Shown: one piece after another, positions 14,565 to 27,409 of the stretch
Position numbering within the stretch: position 1 is the stretch's first letter
Layout of the letters: every line of letters starts with the position of its first letter
Assembly (NCBI RefSeq): GCF_006345805.1
Contig: NC_043011.1
Coordinates: 62,694,464-62,758,463 of the forward strand
From: Octopus sinensis
Taxonomy: Eukaryota
DNA: 64,000 nt
Reading direction: 5' to 3'
Program-made: the position numbers and the translations under genes
The notes under the pieces: model-generated
What the model was told of the DNA's origin: nothing
What the model saw: only the letters and a program-made list of their open reading frames with translations
The model's database searches: none

Positions 14565-14958
14565 AAGGACGAGGGTAAATCGATTACATCGATGTCAGTA
14601 CACAACTGGTACTTCTTTTATCGATCCCGAAACGGTGAAAGCCAAAGTCGACCTCGGGGAAATTTGAAGTCGAAACAAATTCGAACGAAAAGCGGATAAG
14701 CATTTCGCCCAGCGTGCTAACGATTCTTATTTCTTTATTGCCCACAAGGGGCTAAACATAGAGGGAACAAACAATGACAGACAAAGGGATTAAGTCGATT
14801 ACATCGACCCCAGTGTGTGACTGGTACTTATTTAATCAACCCCGAATGGATGAAAGGCAAAGTCGACTTCGGCGGAATTTGAACTCAGAACGTAAAGACA
14901 GACGAAATACCGCTAAGCATCATCCCAAGCGTGATAAATGTTCTGCCAGCTCATTGCC
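14565..14958 (-). mobile_element. Two adjacent SINE family C copies
   Basis: Repeated CGATTACATCGA..CTGGTACTT..AAAGTCGAC..AATTTGAA blocks. Confidence 0.75.
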
Positions 14959-15655
14959 TGAATAAACGATCACATATGTTTACACGTTTTTGCGCGTCAA
15001 GTAGAAAAATAGAACCACGTTTTTCTTACTTAACCGCACATACTTTAAAACTTTAAAAACGGAATTTCACACATATAATATAGGCTTTAACCCGCTCCAC
15101 CAGCAGCCAAAGGAAATAAAAATAAAAACACGGGGTGATGGTTAAGAACGGAACATCTTTGATCATAGACACTTACATATTTGAGTTCCGTTTATCGCTA
15201 AACATCAACAACAGTATTAAGAATAACGCTATTCCTGAGCCTTAAACTAATACATCTGTTTGTTTTGTACACCACCTGTCTTCGTCTTTTGTTTTTTTCG
15301 TAAACTCTCCCCATAACTTTGTGTGTATTTGTGTCTGTGTTTGTCTCGCTACCACCGTTTGAAAACATGTGTTCGTTTATATAAGTCACCGAACTATAGT
15401 GGTTCGTCGAACGAGCCCGATAGAATAAGAACCGGGTCTGGGTTGATTTGTTCGACTATAAAAGGCGATCCCTCGGCATGAAACAAGTAAACGATAAAGC
15501 GTAAATAGGAAAAGGATAAATCTAGAACGAAGTTACCGAATGTTTAGGAACGTATTTTCAGCGTGGAAAGAAATGTGGCTGTTATTGCAAGACATTACTG
15601 CGACCACGTACACCATTAGTGAAATGAAAATCAGATCGGTTTTCATCAAAGGAAG

Positions 15656-15658
<3 letters not shown>

Positions 15659-15723
<65 letters not shown>
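15659..15723. repeat. (GA)n microsatellite
   Basis: Direct reading. Confidence 0.95.
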
Positions 15724-15725
<2 letters not shown>

Positions 15726-16400
15726 AGAGTGGAGTGGGAGAGTTAAGGAGATAAAGCATAAGTGAGAAAGGTGTGAGTGAAAGAGAGAGAGGCCAGGAAT
15801 GAGAGAGAGAGAGGGAGGAACGTAAAGACAGCAACATGGGAGGACGAGAAACGAGGCAAGGCTATAACTTGCGCTAATCAATAATAATATTCGCGATTCC
15901 TAAATATTTTTGTCAAAATGGTGATGCGTTTATACACACAATAGTACTGTCAGTGACATACTTATAGGCATGAAGTTTTTCAAATGAAGTTACTCTGTTG
16001 ATTCGTTTATATAGCCGAAGTTCTAAGACACATTTTAGATTTACTTACACAAACATATACATACATAAACACATACATACATATACATACATATATATTT
16101 ACATATACACGTACACACATACGCACTCACATACATATATATTTGAATGCATGCATGTATAGCTCTAAGGGTTTTCCAATTAGTGAATAAATTCCCAGAT
16201 TGGACAAATTAAATGCCTTGGGCTGTACATATGAGTGCGTATGTGTGCGTGTGCGCTGGCGCTTGTGTGTGTGTATATATAGTAGTTCGACAGTTATAGG
16301 TATATATACATTCACATACATATATATAGCATTCACATGCTCTATATACATATGTATAGATATACACATATATATGCGTGTGTACACACACACACACCAC

Positions 16401-16473
<73 letters not shown>

Positions 16474-16768
16474 TACATGTGTGTGTGTGTGTGTGTATAT
16501 GTCTGTGTTTACTGTAGACATGCTTTTATTTCGTTTTACAATGATTTACTGGAGTGGGTTTTTCTCACTCGATACAGGCTTCTAAATGCTAGTCGGGTCT
16601 ATTCACGAGATTTCGTATAAAGTGACACATTACACACGCAGACGAGACTTAAGGAAGCGAAGCCAAACGGACAAAACCAAACTATACTAAACACTTATTT
16701 GTAGATTTCCCAATATAAACTTCATTATCGTCTCCATCACTTGCGTTAGAAGTGGAAATACCAATGCA

Positions 16769-16848
<80 letters not shown>

Positions 16849-17456
16849 CAACAACAACAATAGCAATAACAACGCCCACAAAACTGTGTATAGTGTGAAT
16901 TTCTTTGCTGCAGGTGTAAAGTAGACTATTCGGCAAGAAATGGAAACAAAATTGAAATAAAATCAAATAATAATAATAATAACAACAACAACAACTACAA
17001 CAACAATAACACCGTTCGTTTTATGAATAACAATAGATCGTCAATCGTAAATCATATAATGATGATAATACTTAAATTTGGAATCGTTTTTCTTTCTGTT
17101 GTTTCTTTATTTTGAACGGACTTTTTTTCCTCGAAGCGTTTAATGTAGAAAATGGCGATTTTGAGCAAATTAGTAATTTGTTTCGCTTCGCTCATTTCTT
17201 TTTTCCTATTTTAGTTGTTGTTCGTTTATTGTTGTTACTGTTGTTATTTGTTGTTGTTTCTTTTCTGAGTATTTCCTTGTATGTCGTCAATAAACGCAGA
17301 ATTTCAACCCCCGCAGCTATCAAACTTCGCCATTATTCTTTTTCTATTGTAATTATGTTTTCATTTGTCCCACTTTCTTTGTCTCTTTTTCTCTCTGTCA
17401 TCTTCTCTTTAACTCTGTCGCTCCCCTTTCTCATTCCCCCTCTCTATCCACCCACC

Positions 17457-17492
<36 letters not shown>

Positions 17493-17904
17493 GTATTCCT
17501 CACTGTTTCTGTTCTTCCCCTACAAGTTGAAATGGGAACGAGAATAGTATTTCACTACGTGTCTTATTCGTGATATTTGTATAGTTATGTCCGGCTTTTA
17601 CGGTGTTTTAGTGTATCGCTTTATGTTTTGTAAACTATATTAAGGTATGAATTACACCATAAAATAGTGTATAAATCTTTAATGTATAGTACTCAATTCT
17701 AGAAAAGTGCATTGTCCTAATTATTATAAGTATCCAATAGTACTTGCAAACAAATACATATGTGTACGTAGTAATGTGTTTGTGTATTTACACGCCCACA
17801 GAACACACACCCATACACACGCACACAAACAAAACATCACAGATATATACATGTACGTATATTAAAGAGTTAAATAGGTACAAATATACTGAAATACGTG
17901 CGTG

Positions 17905-18392
17905 TATATGGATGGTCGTTGTCTACTCCTTATTCAGAGTTTGACCACCTCCTGTACCTACACCTTAGAACCATCATGGCATCTGATGTGGCTTTTTAAA
18001 CCAGGCAATGTTTTGAAAAGACACCCACATAGATTGCATATCCGACATGGACCACCAAGAGCTGCAGATAAGTTATGATCTTTGTGGATCTTAAAATGTA
18101 TTTTGAGGCCTCTGTTAGATTTGCAAACATTCTGGGATATATTGCATTCAAAGGTGTGCACAGACATATAGGCAGAATAGTTGGTGGAGGTTCGTTTTCC
18201 ATGCGTTTGCAAATGGGATTCCAGCCCCGCAAAAGACACGCACCGTCTGTTACAAAGAGTGCACAAAAAACAGTCATTGTGATTCAATTTCTCGATCGCA
18301 ATCTTAAATCTCTCTTGCGCCATGCCTGCCTTATCCTGGCCTCTTCAAACGCTTTCAGTCCACTCCTCTTCACACTTTTGTTCGCCATCCAG
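17905..18392 (-). mobile_element. RTE-clade LINE 3' end with three C2H2-type zinc fingers
   Basis: GLKAFEEARIRQA (RTE C-terminal helix) is frameshifted into ORF 17958-18323: CTLC..HLQTH, CNIS..HFKIH, CNLC..HIRCH. A short UTR runs into simple repeat. Confidence 0.65.
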
Positions 18393-18886
18393 GTACGTAT
18401 GCATAATTATCTTATACAAATATACATACATAAACACGTGTGAGGGATTGTGTATGTGGGCGTAATATTTTAGTTGAGAATCTGAATCAATGACTCTTTA
18501 TAAAGGGCTTCACAGAAAACCCTCTTCTGAAGTGGGTTGTGAAACAATTAATCGACTAACTCATCGGAAATAAGATAGCCACTCTATATATACTCTGATG
18601 TATTGTTCTGGGTTTTATAGACAGTCTCATATATATATTCCAAAAAAGTTAGAGGTCGTGAGTCCAACCACCTAAGGGATAATATCAATCCAATATACTG
18701 TTGGTAGAATACCCAATTATTAACACACAAGTGTTTTCTTTTATTGCATTACAATTACATTACCGAATGTACATGTATGTACATTGTTGTAATTGTCATA
18801 AATAAATAAATTGACATAATATGTCTAAAATTTGATGAATACCACCCATTGATCCCCTCCATTTTCTTATTGCGCTCTCTTTCTCG

Positions 18887-18887
<1 letters not shown>

Positions 18888-18954
<67 letters not shown>

Positions 18955-18993
18955 ATATCTGCGTGTCTATCTATCTATCTATCTATCTGCGTG

Positions 18994-19048
<55 letters not shown>

Positions 19049-19057
19049 GCGTGTTTG

Positions 19058-19102
<45 letters not shown>

Positions 19103-19103
19103 A

Positions 19104-19175
<72 letters not shown>
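18888..19175. repeat. (CTAT)n/(CT)n/(TA)n microsatellite
   Basis: Direct reading, with repeated CTGCGTGT interruptions. Confidence 0.95.
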
Positions 19176-19176
<1 letters not shown>

Positions 19177-19440
19177 GTATATTTAATCCACCTTAGGTTG
19201 AATGTCAAGAAAGTTTGCTTTAGAAGTGTTGAGATGTATTGAAAGTTATAGATAAGGAAATAATTTATTCTGAAACGCATCATAGTGCTAATAATATAGC
19301 ATGAACAGGATAAACTATCTATATTTTGCATAAAAATCTGTGGGCGGCCAGCTTTCATACTATATTGTCAACATTATCTAGCGTTTGAGAATAAAATTTG
19401 TTTCCTTATCTGTATCATATATATATATATATATATATAT

Positions 19441-19638
19441 TCTGTGTGTCTGGGAAGAGTCATTTTTTTTGTGCCTTATTATTTAACGCACTCACCGGTA
19501 AAATTTCCACTTATTTCTTATTTTTATTTTCCTAACATTTTCGTTGCGTCTTGCAACCTTTTCAATAGTCTTGACAGAATGTGCTTCAACACACGAACTC
19601 ATATAAAGAATCTTGCAAACCAAATCCAAAAACGAAAT
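19441..19638. mobile_element. Short Penelope-like terminal-repeat element between (TA)n tracts
   Basis: Highly similar to 61643-61868 but with part inverted. Contains a decayed hammerhead on the minus strand (TTGAAAA G GTTGC AAGAC GCAAC GAAA). Confidence 0.6.
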
Positions 19639-19702
19639 ACATACATATATATATATATATATATATGCATAAATGGATATATATATGTATATGTATATTT
19701 AT

Positions 19703-19773
<71 letters not shown>

Positions 19774-19800
19774 GGCATTTGTTCATAAATAAGCACTTAG

Positions 19801-20115
19801 CCAGCACAGCACTCCGTCGGTTAGGAAGACATGTGTCCAAGTTGGAACAGTCTGCTCGTGAAATTAAAGTGCAAGTGGCTGAGGACTCCACCGACATGCG
19901 TACCCTTAACGTAGCTCTCAGGTAGATTCAGCATTACACAGAATGTGACATTGGGTGCCATTAGAGTTACAGGTAGAATTCATTTCTGTCATCTGAGTGG
20001 ACTGGAGTATTGTAAAATAAACTTTCCTTTGCACAAGAACACAAGGTACCGACAGAAATCGAACACACGACCCTACAATAATGAACTAAATATCCTAACC
20101 ACTGAACCACGTGCA
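19801..20115 (-). mobile_element. SINE family B
   Basis: Matches 31873-32200 throughout. Confidence 0.8.
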
Positions 20116-21963
20116 TATGTAGAGAGGTTGGACACATCTTAGACAAAACCTCCACATACGGACGCCAGTGTTCGTTAAGAGCCATTAGAAGACATTGCTC
20201 ACCCCTCGAAGGTTAATCTTGATGAGAATTTATCCTCTGTTCTTGATATACAAAAGCATCGAATTTTCCTTCACTTCAACAACGAATGTACACTTATAAC
20301 TCTAGTTATTTGAAAAACAAATTTTATTAGAAATTGTGCATGTTTGTGAAGATATGAATAAATAAAACCGAGTCATACAACTACATATATAAATACAAAT
20401 GTCTACTAATAGTAATTTAATATTTAATTCATTGAATTATATAGAAATAACTTTGTTGTTACATAAAAATGTTAAGTCATTCGACTTTTATTCCACAGTT
20501 ACTGTAACTGGCAAATCTACCGCCAACATTTCCGAGAAATTTAATTACATTTCACTTTTGCAATCTCTCAGTAAAAGGTCATAAAACAGTTTTTTATTCG
20601 GCTTTGAAATACCATTTCGACCTTCTTATAACAGTTCTGAAACTGTTTTCACCTTCCTCATCATATCAATACCGTTTGTCTTTTGATTTTATTCCACTTG
20701 ACAAACTACTATTTCTTGTAAATTTTATAGAATTTTTCCTTATGCTTCTTACAGTTTTATGCTTCTTTCAGTCAAGAAACTGCGACTATGCTGGGTCACT
20801 GTTTCCAAGGTTTTCCACGAAACCGATCGAACCCAGTGTTACATAACGTTATTTTTTCTATATTTTAAGTCTGACAAATCACTTTTACGGAAATGCTAAT
20901 TTCAGCGCCCTGAAGAAAGCAATCTCAGTTGTCAAGCGCTGGAGTTGAGAACAAACACACACACACCACACACACACACTTGCATCCCACACTTATACAC
21001 ACATGCATAGATACATACGCACATCTATACATGCGTGTGTGAGCGGATCAGCATGTTTTGGCCTATCTACGATAGCTAGACAAAGTACTCCTTTGCTTAC
21101 GTCGCTGTAACTTAGTAGTTAAGCTATAAACCGCGAAAAACAGAACAGTTAGTACCAGACTGAATATATATGGCCAGAGGTGGATTTAATCGACTCGATT
21201 ATTCAAGGTGGAGCTCCAGCATGTCTAGAGGCCAACGACTTAAACAAGTTAAAGAAAAACAATAATGTATTCATTGGATAGAGTATAGATTCATGTTTAA
21301 AATATTTATTATCTGACAGCAAGCCATACACGAATGTAGATATATATTAGTAATGGTATTGATTTCTATAATTATAGAAACCTGAAATATTGTCAGCTGA
21401 GAATAAAGTGTTTAAAAGAGTAAATCAATTGCTTTATTTCTTAATTCATAAGTTGTATACTCCTCTAATTTCACAGAACTTGTCTCATTCAGTTCGAAAT
21501 ATTTTCAATGATATCGAAAATGAAATCTATATAACTGACAAATATAATTATGAATAATGTAGAAACGATATTAATAAATTTAACCAAAATCTACTTGAGA
21601 AATATTGGAAGACGGAAGATAAAGAATATGAAACATTGATGGTAATAAGTTGGAATTGTAATTTAAAGTTAAATTCACACACGCAAAGACATAAGAGAAA
21701 GAGTTGATAATATAATCAGGAAAATGTTTATATTCTGAAACTTACGACCAGACATTCGATAACTGTGAACGAATTTACTTAAACAGATGGCGTCGGGGAC
21801 ACGGAGATGTTGAATATTTAAGAAATAGCAATGAAATTCATACGATTACATTTGCTTTATACACAGATTTTCCGATCAATGTCTTTCTCTGGCTCCCTCT
21901 AGCTTTCTGTTCATCTCTTGCCTTATACATAAATTCATAAATTTATATTAAAAAAATCATGCA

Positions 21964-22378
21964 GTGCGCAGGAGCGGCTGTGTGGTAAGTAGCTTGTTTA
22001 CCAACCACATGGTTCCGGGTTCAGTCCCACTGCGTGGCACCTTGGGTAAGTGTCTTCTACTATAGCCTCGGGCCGACCAAAGCTTTGTGAGAGGATTTGG
22101 TAGATGGAAACTGAAAGAAGCCCGTCGTATATATGTATATATATATATATATATATGCGTGTGTGTGTTTGTGTGTCTGTGTTTGTCCCCCTCGCATTGC
22201 TTGACAACCGATGCTGATGTGTTTATGTCCCCGTTACTTAGCGGTTCGGCAAAAGAGACCGATAGAATAAGTACTGGGCTTACAAAAGAATACGTCCCGG
22301 GGTTGAGTTGCTCGATTAAAAAGGCGGTGCTCCAGCATGGCCGCAGTCAAATGACTGAAACAAGTAAAAGAGTAAAAT
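21964..22378 (+). mobile_element. SINE family A, full length
   Basis: A-box-like GGCTGTGTGG, B-box-like GGTTCAGTCCC, CORE-like CCTTGGGTAAGTGTC, central (TA)(TG) repeat, tail AAGTAAAAGAG. Confidence 0.9.
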
Positions 22379-22439
22379 AGTATATAAACAGAGATTGTGT
22401 GTCTGTGTGGGTGTGTGTGTGTGTGGGGAGGGGTAAACT

Positions 22440-22985
22440 TACATTTAGATTTATGAAAGAATTTAAACGTGCGGGAGAATTTATGCTTACACGTAGTGAA
22501 AGCCTCATTGTATTATTAAGCAACTGTTGTGTGCTGTGAGTAAATATTTTGAGGGCATCTTTTAAGCAGAGTCCACAACTGGAGTGTTGGTGCTGATATA
22601 GGATGCCCAAGTCTGTTATAGCCAAAGAAAATTTATATTGTGTTTTTCTATTAATTAGATGGTGTACGTGGCGGGCTAGTGATGTGGAATTGCTATTCTC
22701 TTTGAATTTAAACGAGTTTAATTGTGCAAAATATCTTTGTTTATAAAATTTCTGCTAGATCCGATGTGGTAGATATAGCAAATATTTACTGTTGTGAACG
22801 GTGAATTGGTATATGACATTGAATGAGAATGGTATATATTAATCTTCTGCATTGGGTTTGAAGCGGACAGTCTATCACGGATCTACAGTTGCAGTTATCA
22901 GTTCTACGATGGTTGATTAAGGAGGGATATGAGGCAGTGTTAGTAGTGGCTAGGGTGGAATAAAGGTGATTCGATCGTGATATTG
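22440..22985 (-). mobile_element. Penelope-like element, GIY-YIG endonuclease region (degenerate)
   Basis: NCNCRSVIDCPLQTQC, then YHIGSS, KQRYFAQLNSFK..STSLARHVHHL, CGLCLKDALKI..LLN..CKH. This is the PLE C-terminal signature. Confidence 0.75.
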
Positions 22986-23429
22986 CTGTTATTATTTTTG
23001 TCTTTCTACAAGCGATAACAACGCCAGCGTTACAATTATTATTATTATCGTCATTATCGTTATCAAAATCACTGTTATAATAATAATAATAATTATTATT
23101 ATTACAATTAGTAGTAATAGTAGTAGTAGTGGTAGTAGTATTAGTAGCATTTCTAGTAATAGTAGTAGTAGCAGCGTCCATTGTTAGTAGTGTTAGTATT
23201 AGTGGTGGTAGTGGAGGTGGTAATTACTGCAGCTATTAGTAGTTGCGTTTGTGGTAGGTGTGTTAGTAATAGTACTATTTTCGATAATGGTAATATTGCC
23301 ACTGGTATTAGTATTAATATTATTGCAAGTGCAATTAGTAGCTGATATATATATATTATATATATATATATATATTATATATATATATATATATATAATC
23401 CGAGTGGTATAGTATTAAATATCTATCAC

Positions 23430-23521
23430 GGCTGATCTTACAGATCGGTTTCGCACAAGGAATATAATGGAGTGTTAAGTAACAATCCGATTATATATCA
23501 TTTGGCGCATCAGAGTTAGCC
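23430..23521 (-). ncRNA. Variant type I hammerhead ribozyme with long stem II
   Basis: GGCTAACT CTGATGC [~55-nt hairpin] GAAA CCGATCT GTA AGATCAGCC. Core A9 is replaced by C. Confidence 0.5.
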
Positions 23522-23553
23522 GATATGGAAGGGAATATAGTGACTGCTCTCTC

Positions 23554-23592
<39 letters not shown>

Positions 23593-23630
23593 ACATGCTC
23601 ACACATGTACATATATATATATATATATAT

Positions 23631-24033
23631 AAAACTATGGTTGCAGAACAAACAAATGCAAGGTCATCCACGTAACATTTCATATCTCGAACTTATCTGA
23701 AAAGTAATTTTTAATGAACTTTTATCTTACCTTATATATTATATATTACTTATTTATATGCTTCCTATATATATGTATTTTTATATATTTTTATATATCT
23801 ATATACTTATATATTATTTTATATTTTTACGTATTTACTATTCTAGGAGTTGTAATGTTTTTAAAAAAATATATATTTCTTAATCTCTAATGTATTAACT
23901 TTTCTCCGTGATGAACTTGTATTTGTTTGTTCTGCAACCATAGTTTAATATATTTGTCTCATTTAATTGAGCACTTCTATAGCAGTCCTATTAAGCATTT
24001 TGTTCCTGATAAGAAACAATCATTGTATTATTG
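23631..24033 (+). mobile_element. Penelope-like terminal remnant with 5' inverted arm
   Basis: 23631-23672 is the reverse complement of 23907-23947. An unpaired tail follows; (TA)n flanks both sides. Confidence 0.55.
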
Positions 24034-24049
24034 ATATATATATATATAT

Positions 24050-24081
<32 letters not shown>

Positions 24082-24495
24082 TTGTGTGTATGTATATATG
24101 TATTCATATATGCATAGTCTCAACATTAAATGTCATCAACATACAGACACTCAGACATGTAAATTGGGAAAGTAAAGTACTATATTTTAGTTTAATTGAT
24201 GTAATATTTCATGCGTTCATTATCATTTATGTGTATACACAACCACACCCAAGCATACACATCAAGACACATGCACAGGCAATCACACAGTCACACACTT
24301 ATAGACACTCATTGACACAGACACAAACATACATACACACACATATACATATATTTAAATGGAACCACGGGTGAAGCCTGAGTCCCTGGACAGATCGATA
24401 TTGGCAATAGTTTTTCAAACTACTTTATTTATAAAGTACTGCCAGCAAACGAATTCAGTAAATATTTTCCTTCGTTGGCAACAAGTTGATTTACA

Positions 24496-24501
24496 ATAAT
24501 C

Positions 24502-24533
<32 letters not shown>

Positions 24534-24585
24534 TAATAATAATAATAACAATAATTATAATAATAATAATAAAATAATAATAATA

Positions 24586-24628
<43 letters not shown>

Positions 24629-24852
24629 TATTATTATTATTATTATAAAAATAAATAATAATAAATAATGATAATAGTAATAATAAATAATAAAAATAAA
24701 AATATTCATAATAATAATAATGATAATTATCATATAATAATAATGATAATAATCATAATAATGATGATGATGATGATAACGACGATAATATATGTATGTA
24801 TATATATATATATACATATATACATTCATATATATATATGTGTGTGTGTGTG

Positions 24853-24886
<34 letters not shown>

Positions 24887-25045
24887 TATATATATATACA
24901 TACATATATATATATTCCCCTATTTCCATAATATCGGTCTCATTCATTCTTTTGTTGTCATACTATTATTATTATTATTATTATTATTATTATCATTATT
25001 ATTATTATTATTACTATTATTATTGTTATTATTATTATTATTAAC
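24496..25045. repeat. Compound (TAA)n/(TA)n/(TTA)n microsatellite
   Basis: Direct reading. Confidence 0.9.
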
Positions 25046-25379
25046 ATATAATATATATACATATATATAATATATACATACATATACATATGTATATATA
25101 GATAGATAAATTTATATACATATGACTATAGACGTACATACATACAAACTTACAGGCATACTTATGAACAAATATAGAAAGTTACATGCAAACATATATA
25201 TGGATATATTTATGTATATAGTCATATTGACATAATTTATGGCGAAGGTTTGTGGCCTTTTCAACAAGAAATCAAATCTATTTTATATTCCTTTCTCAAT
25301 ATTTTTTCCATTAAGCAATTATTAAATGTCTATACAACATCAAAAGAAGTCTGTGAATATACCAATAGAAATGTCATAT

Positions 25380-25410
<31 letters not shown>

Positions 25411-25415
25411 ATATA

Positions 25416-25460
<45 letters not shown>

Positions 25461-26148
25461 GTGTGTGTGTGCGCATTTATGTTTATGTTTATGTATGTGG
25501 TGTATGCACGTACGTGTGTATGCATATATATATAAATCTATTTGTACTTATATGTATACATATATATATATATATGCATAATATACATATATAACAGACA
25601 GTGGTAATAACCTTGTGTTACCTCCTCTTGTCGGCTAGTTATATATTTTGTCGTCTGCTTTTATTGAGTTTATTCCGTTGTACATATTGTCATATTGTCC
25701 TGTCAGACATTTCATTGAATATTATATTTTTCGTCATCACACAGAAATATCTGTTGCTAGTTTATGATTTATTTGTTATGAATACATAATCCTATCGCTT
25801 AAATCATACTCGTATAGTTTGAATAATCAATTACGAGTGATATATTTGTTTGCAAATGATTATTTAAGCAGCCGGTCTAAAAAAAAACTAAATTCAATTG
25901 GAATTTGTCTGTATAATGTCAGGTAAGTTGAGAGAGATTTTATACAAACCAGTTTCCAATCTCACACCACATTCATAAGGAAGTACTTTCCGCGCACTCT
26001 AGTAACCTGTAGTCTATTCTGAGAAATTGTCTTATAGATAAACAGGTAGAAAGAGATAGATAGTAAGATTGATATTGAAACATTTAGACAGGTATATATA
26101 CATACATACACATATATATATACACACACACACCACACACACACACAC

Positions 26149-26218
<70 letters not shown>

Positions 26219-26220
<2 letters not shown>

Positions 26221-27408
26221 TTCAGCAAAATTTAGATTCGAATGAATTGGTAATTAATTTAGATACACCAGAATTTTCTATGGTGTTATCCATAAATATT
26301 TGTGTGGTGATTATAATCAAAATAAGCAACAAGAATGACTCCAGTAATTTGGTACAATTGTTTCACACTACATCATTTTATTAAATGTTGTAAGTATTAC
26401 AACAGATTTTAGATGCTGAGTACTCATCAGCCAATAATAGAGGTTTTCCATTAATACAAAAGTTTTCAAATCAAGTGGCAACATTTTAGAGAAGGTAGAT
26501 GTACAGACAAAGATGTAGATTTAAATCTTAAGAACATATGAGGTAGTGAAGTCCAACCACTGACTGACCAAGCTATGGCTTTTCCTAACTGCTATAAGGT
26601 TAGAGGTAATTAAGATTTTTTAATTGTAGAAATGGGGTAAAGGAGGTTTCAGAATACCATAAAAGGAATTCATGTTGAAGACAGTAGTTGCCACTAACAA
26701 AATGCCAATTACTACTATTTGGTGAGAGAAACTAGGTCAATGTCAAATGGTCATTAATCCCATTTACAGAGAGTGTAAATTAGAGAAAAAAGGGAAAAAA
26801 CTTATCAGTTATTATTATGAGTAGGCATTAGTATTTTATAACTGGGGGAAAACCTTATTCATTTTAAAGCTAGATTAGATTGAGAAAAAATTCCAATTTC
26901 AAGTTTGCAGTGAAGTTTTTTTAGTCATCTATGAAAGTTAAATTGAAAGCTAGTATAATATATTTGTTATTATTATCATAAAAAGTTAAAATTTGAAATA
27001 TATAGGAATTCTCACAATTTTTATTTAAAGTATTTAAACGTTCGGGTTGTGGAATGTATACAAGATCTTAAAAGACGATGGATCTTAAAAGACGTCTTAA
27101 CGATCATTTTCTTCTTTTAGACTCAAACATAAGACAGGTTGCACAACACTATCTAGCAAAATTTGGGAACTAAAAACATAATATAGTATTCAACCTGAAA
27201 TGGGATATAGTTAGAAGGCCGAAACCTTATAGAAATAGTAGGGAAGGTTGTCAACTTTATTCTATGGAAACTTATAAAATTTTAAAACTTCAGAGTAAGA
27301 TAAATCTGTTGAATAATCGTCTAGAGTTGGCATTACCTTGTATACATTCCACAACCCGAACGTTTAAATACTTTAAATAAAATTTGTGAGTATTCCTATA
27401 TATTTCAA
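26219..27408. mobile_element. Penelope-like element: inverted pseudo-LTR (minus) joined to ORF 3' end (plus)
   Basis: 27110-27380 encodes SSFRLKH..TTLSSKIWELK / LKWDIVRRPKPY..CQL..LLNNRLEL..CIH. 26993-27064 is the reverse complement of 27337-27408. A hammerhead lies in the inverted part. Confidence 0.8.
26349..26434 (-). ncRNA. Type I hammerhead ribozyme, intact core, extended stem II
   Basis: TTGG CTGATGA GTACTCAGCATC..TGTTGTAA TAC TTACAACA..GATGTAGTGT GAAA CAATT GTA CCAA. Stem I is TTGG/CCAA and stem III is the palindrome ACAATTGT. Confidence 0.75.
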
Positions 27409-27409
27409 T

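Noticed and set aside
21964-22040. tRNA-like A/B boxes (also near 32130, 51020, 59570)
   Set aside because: These are SINE heads; no complete cloverleaf or terminator is evident.
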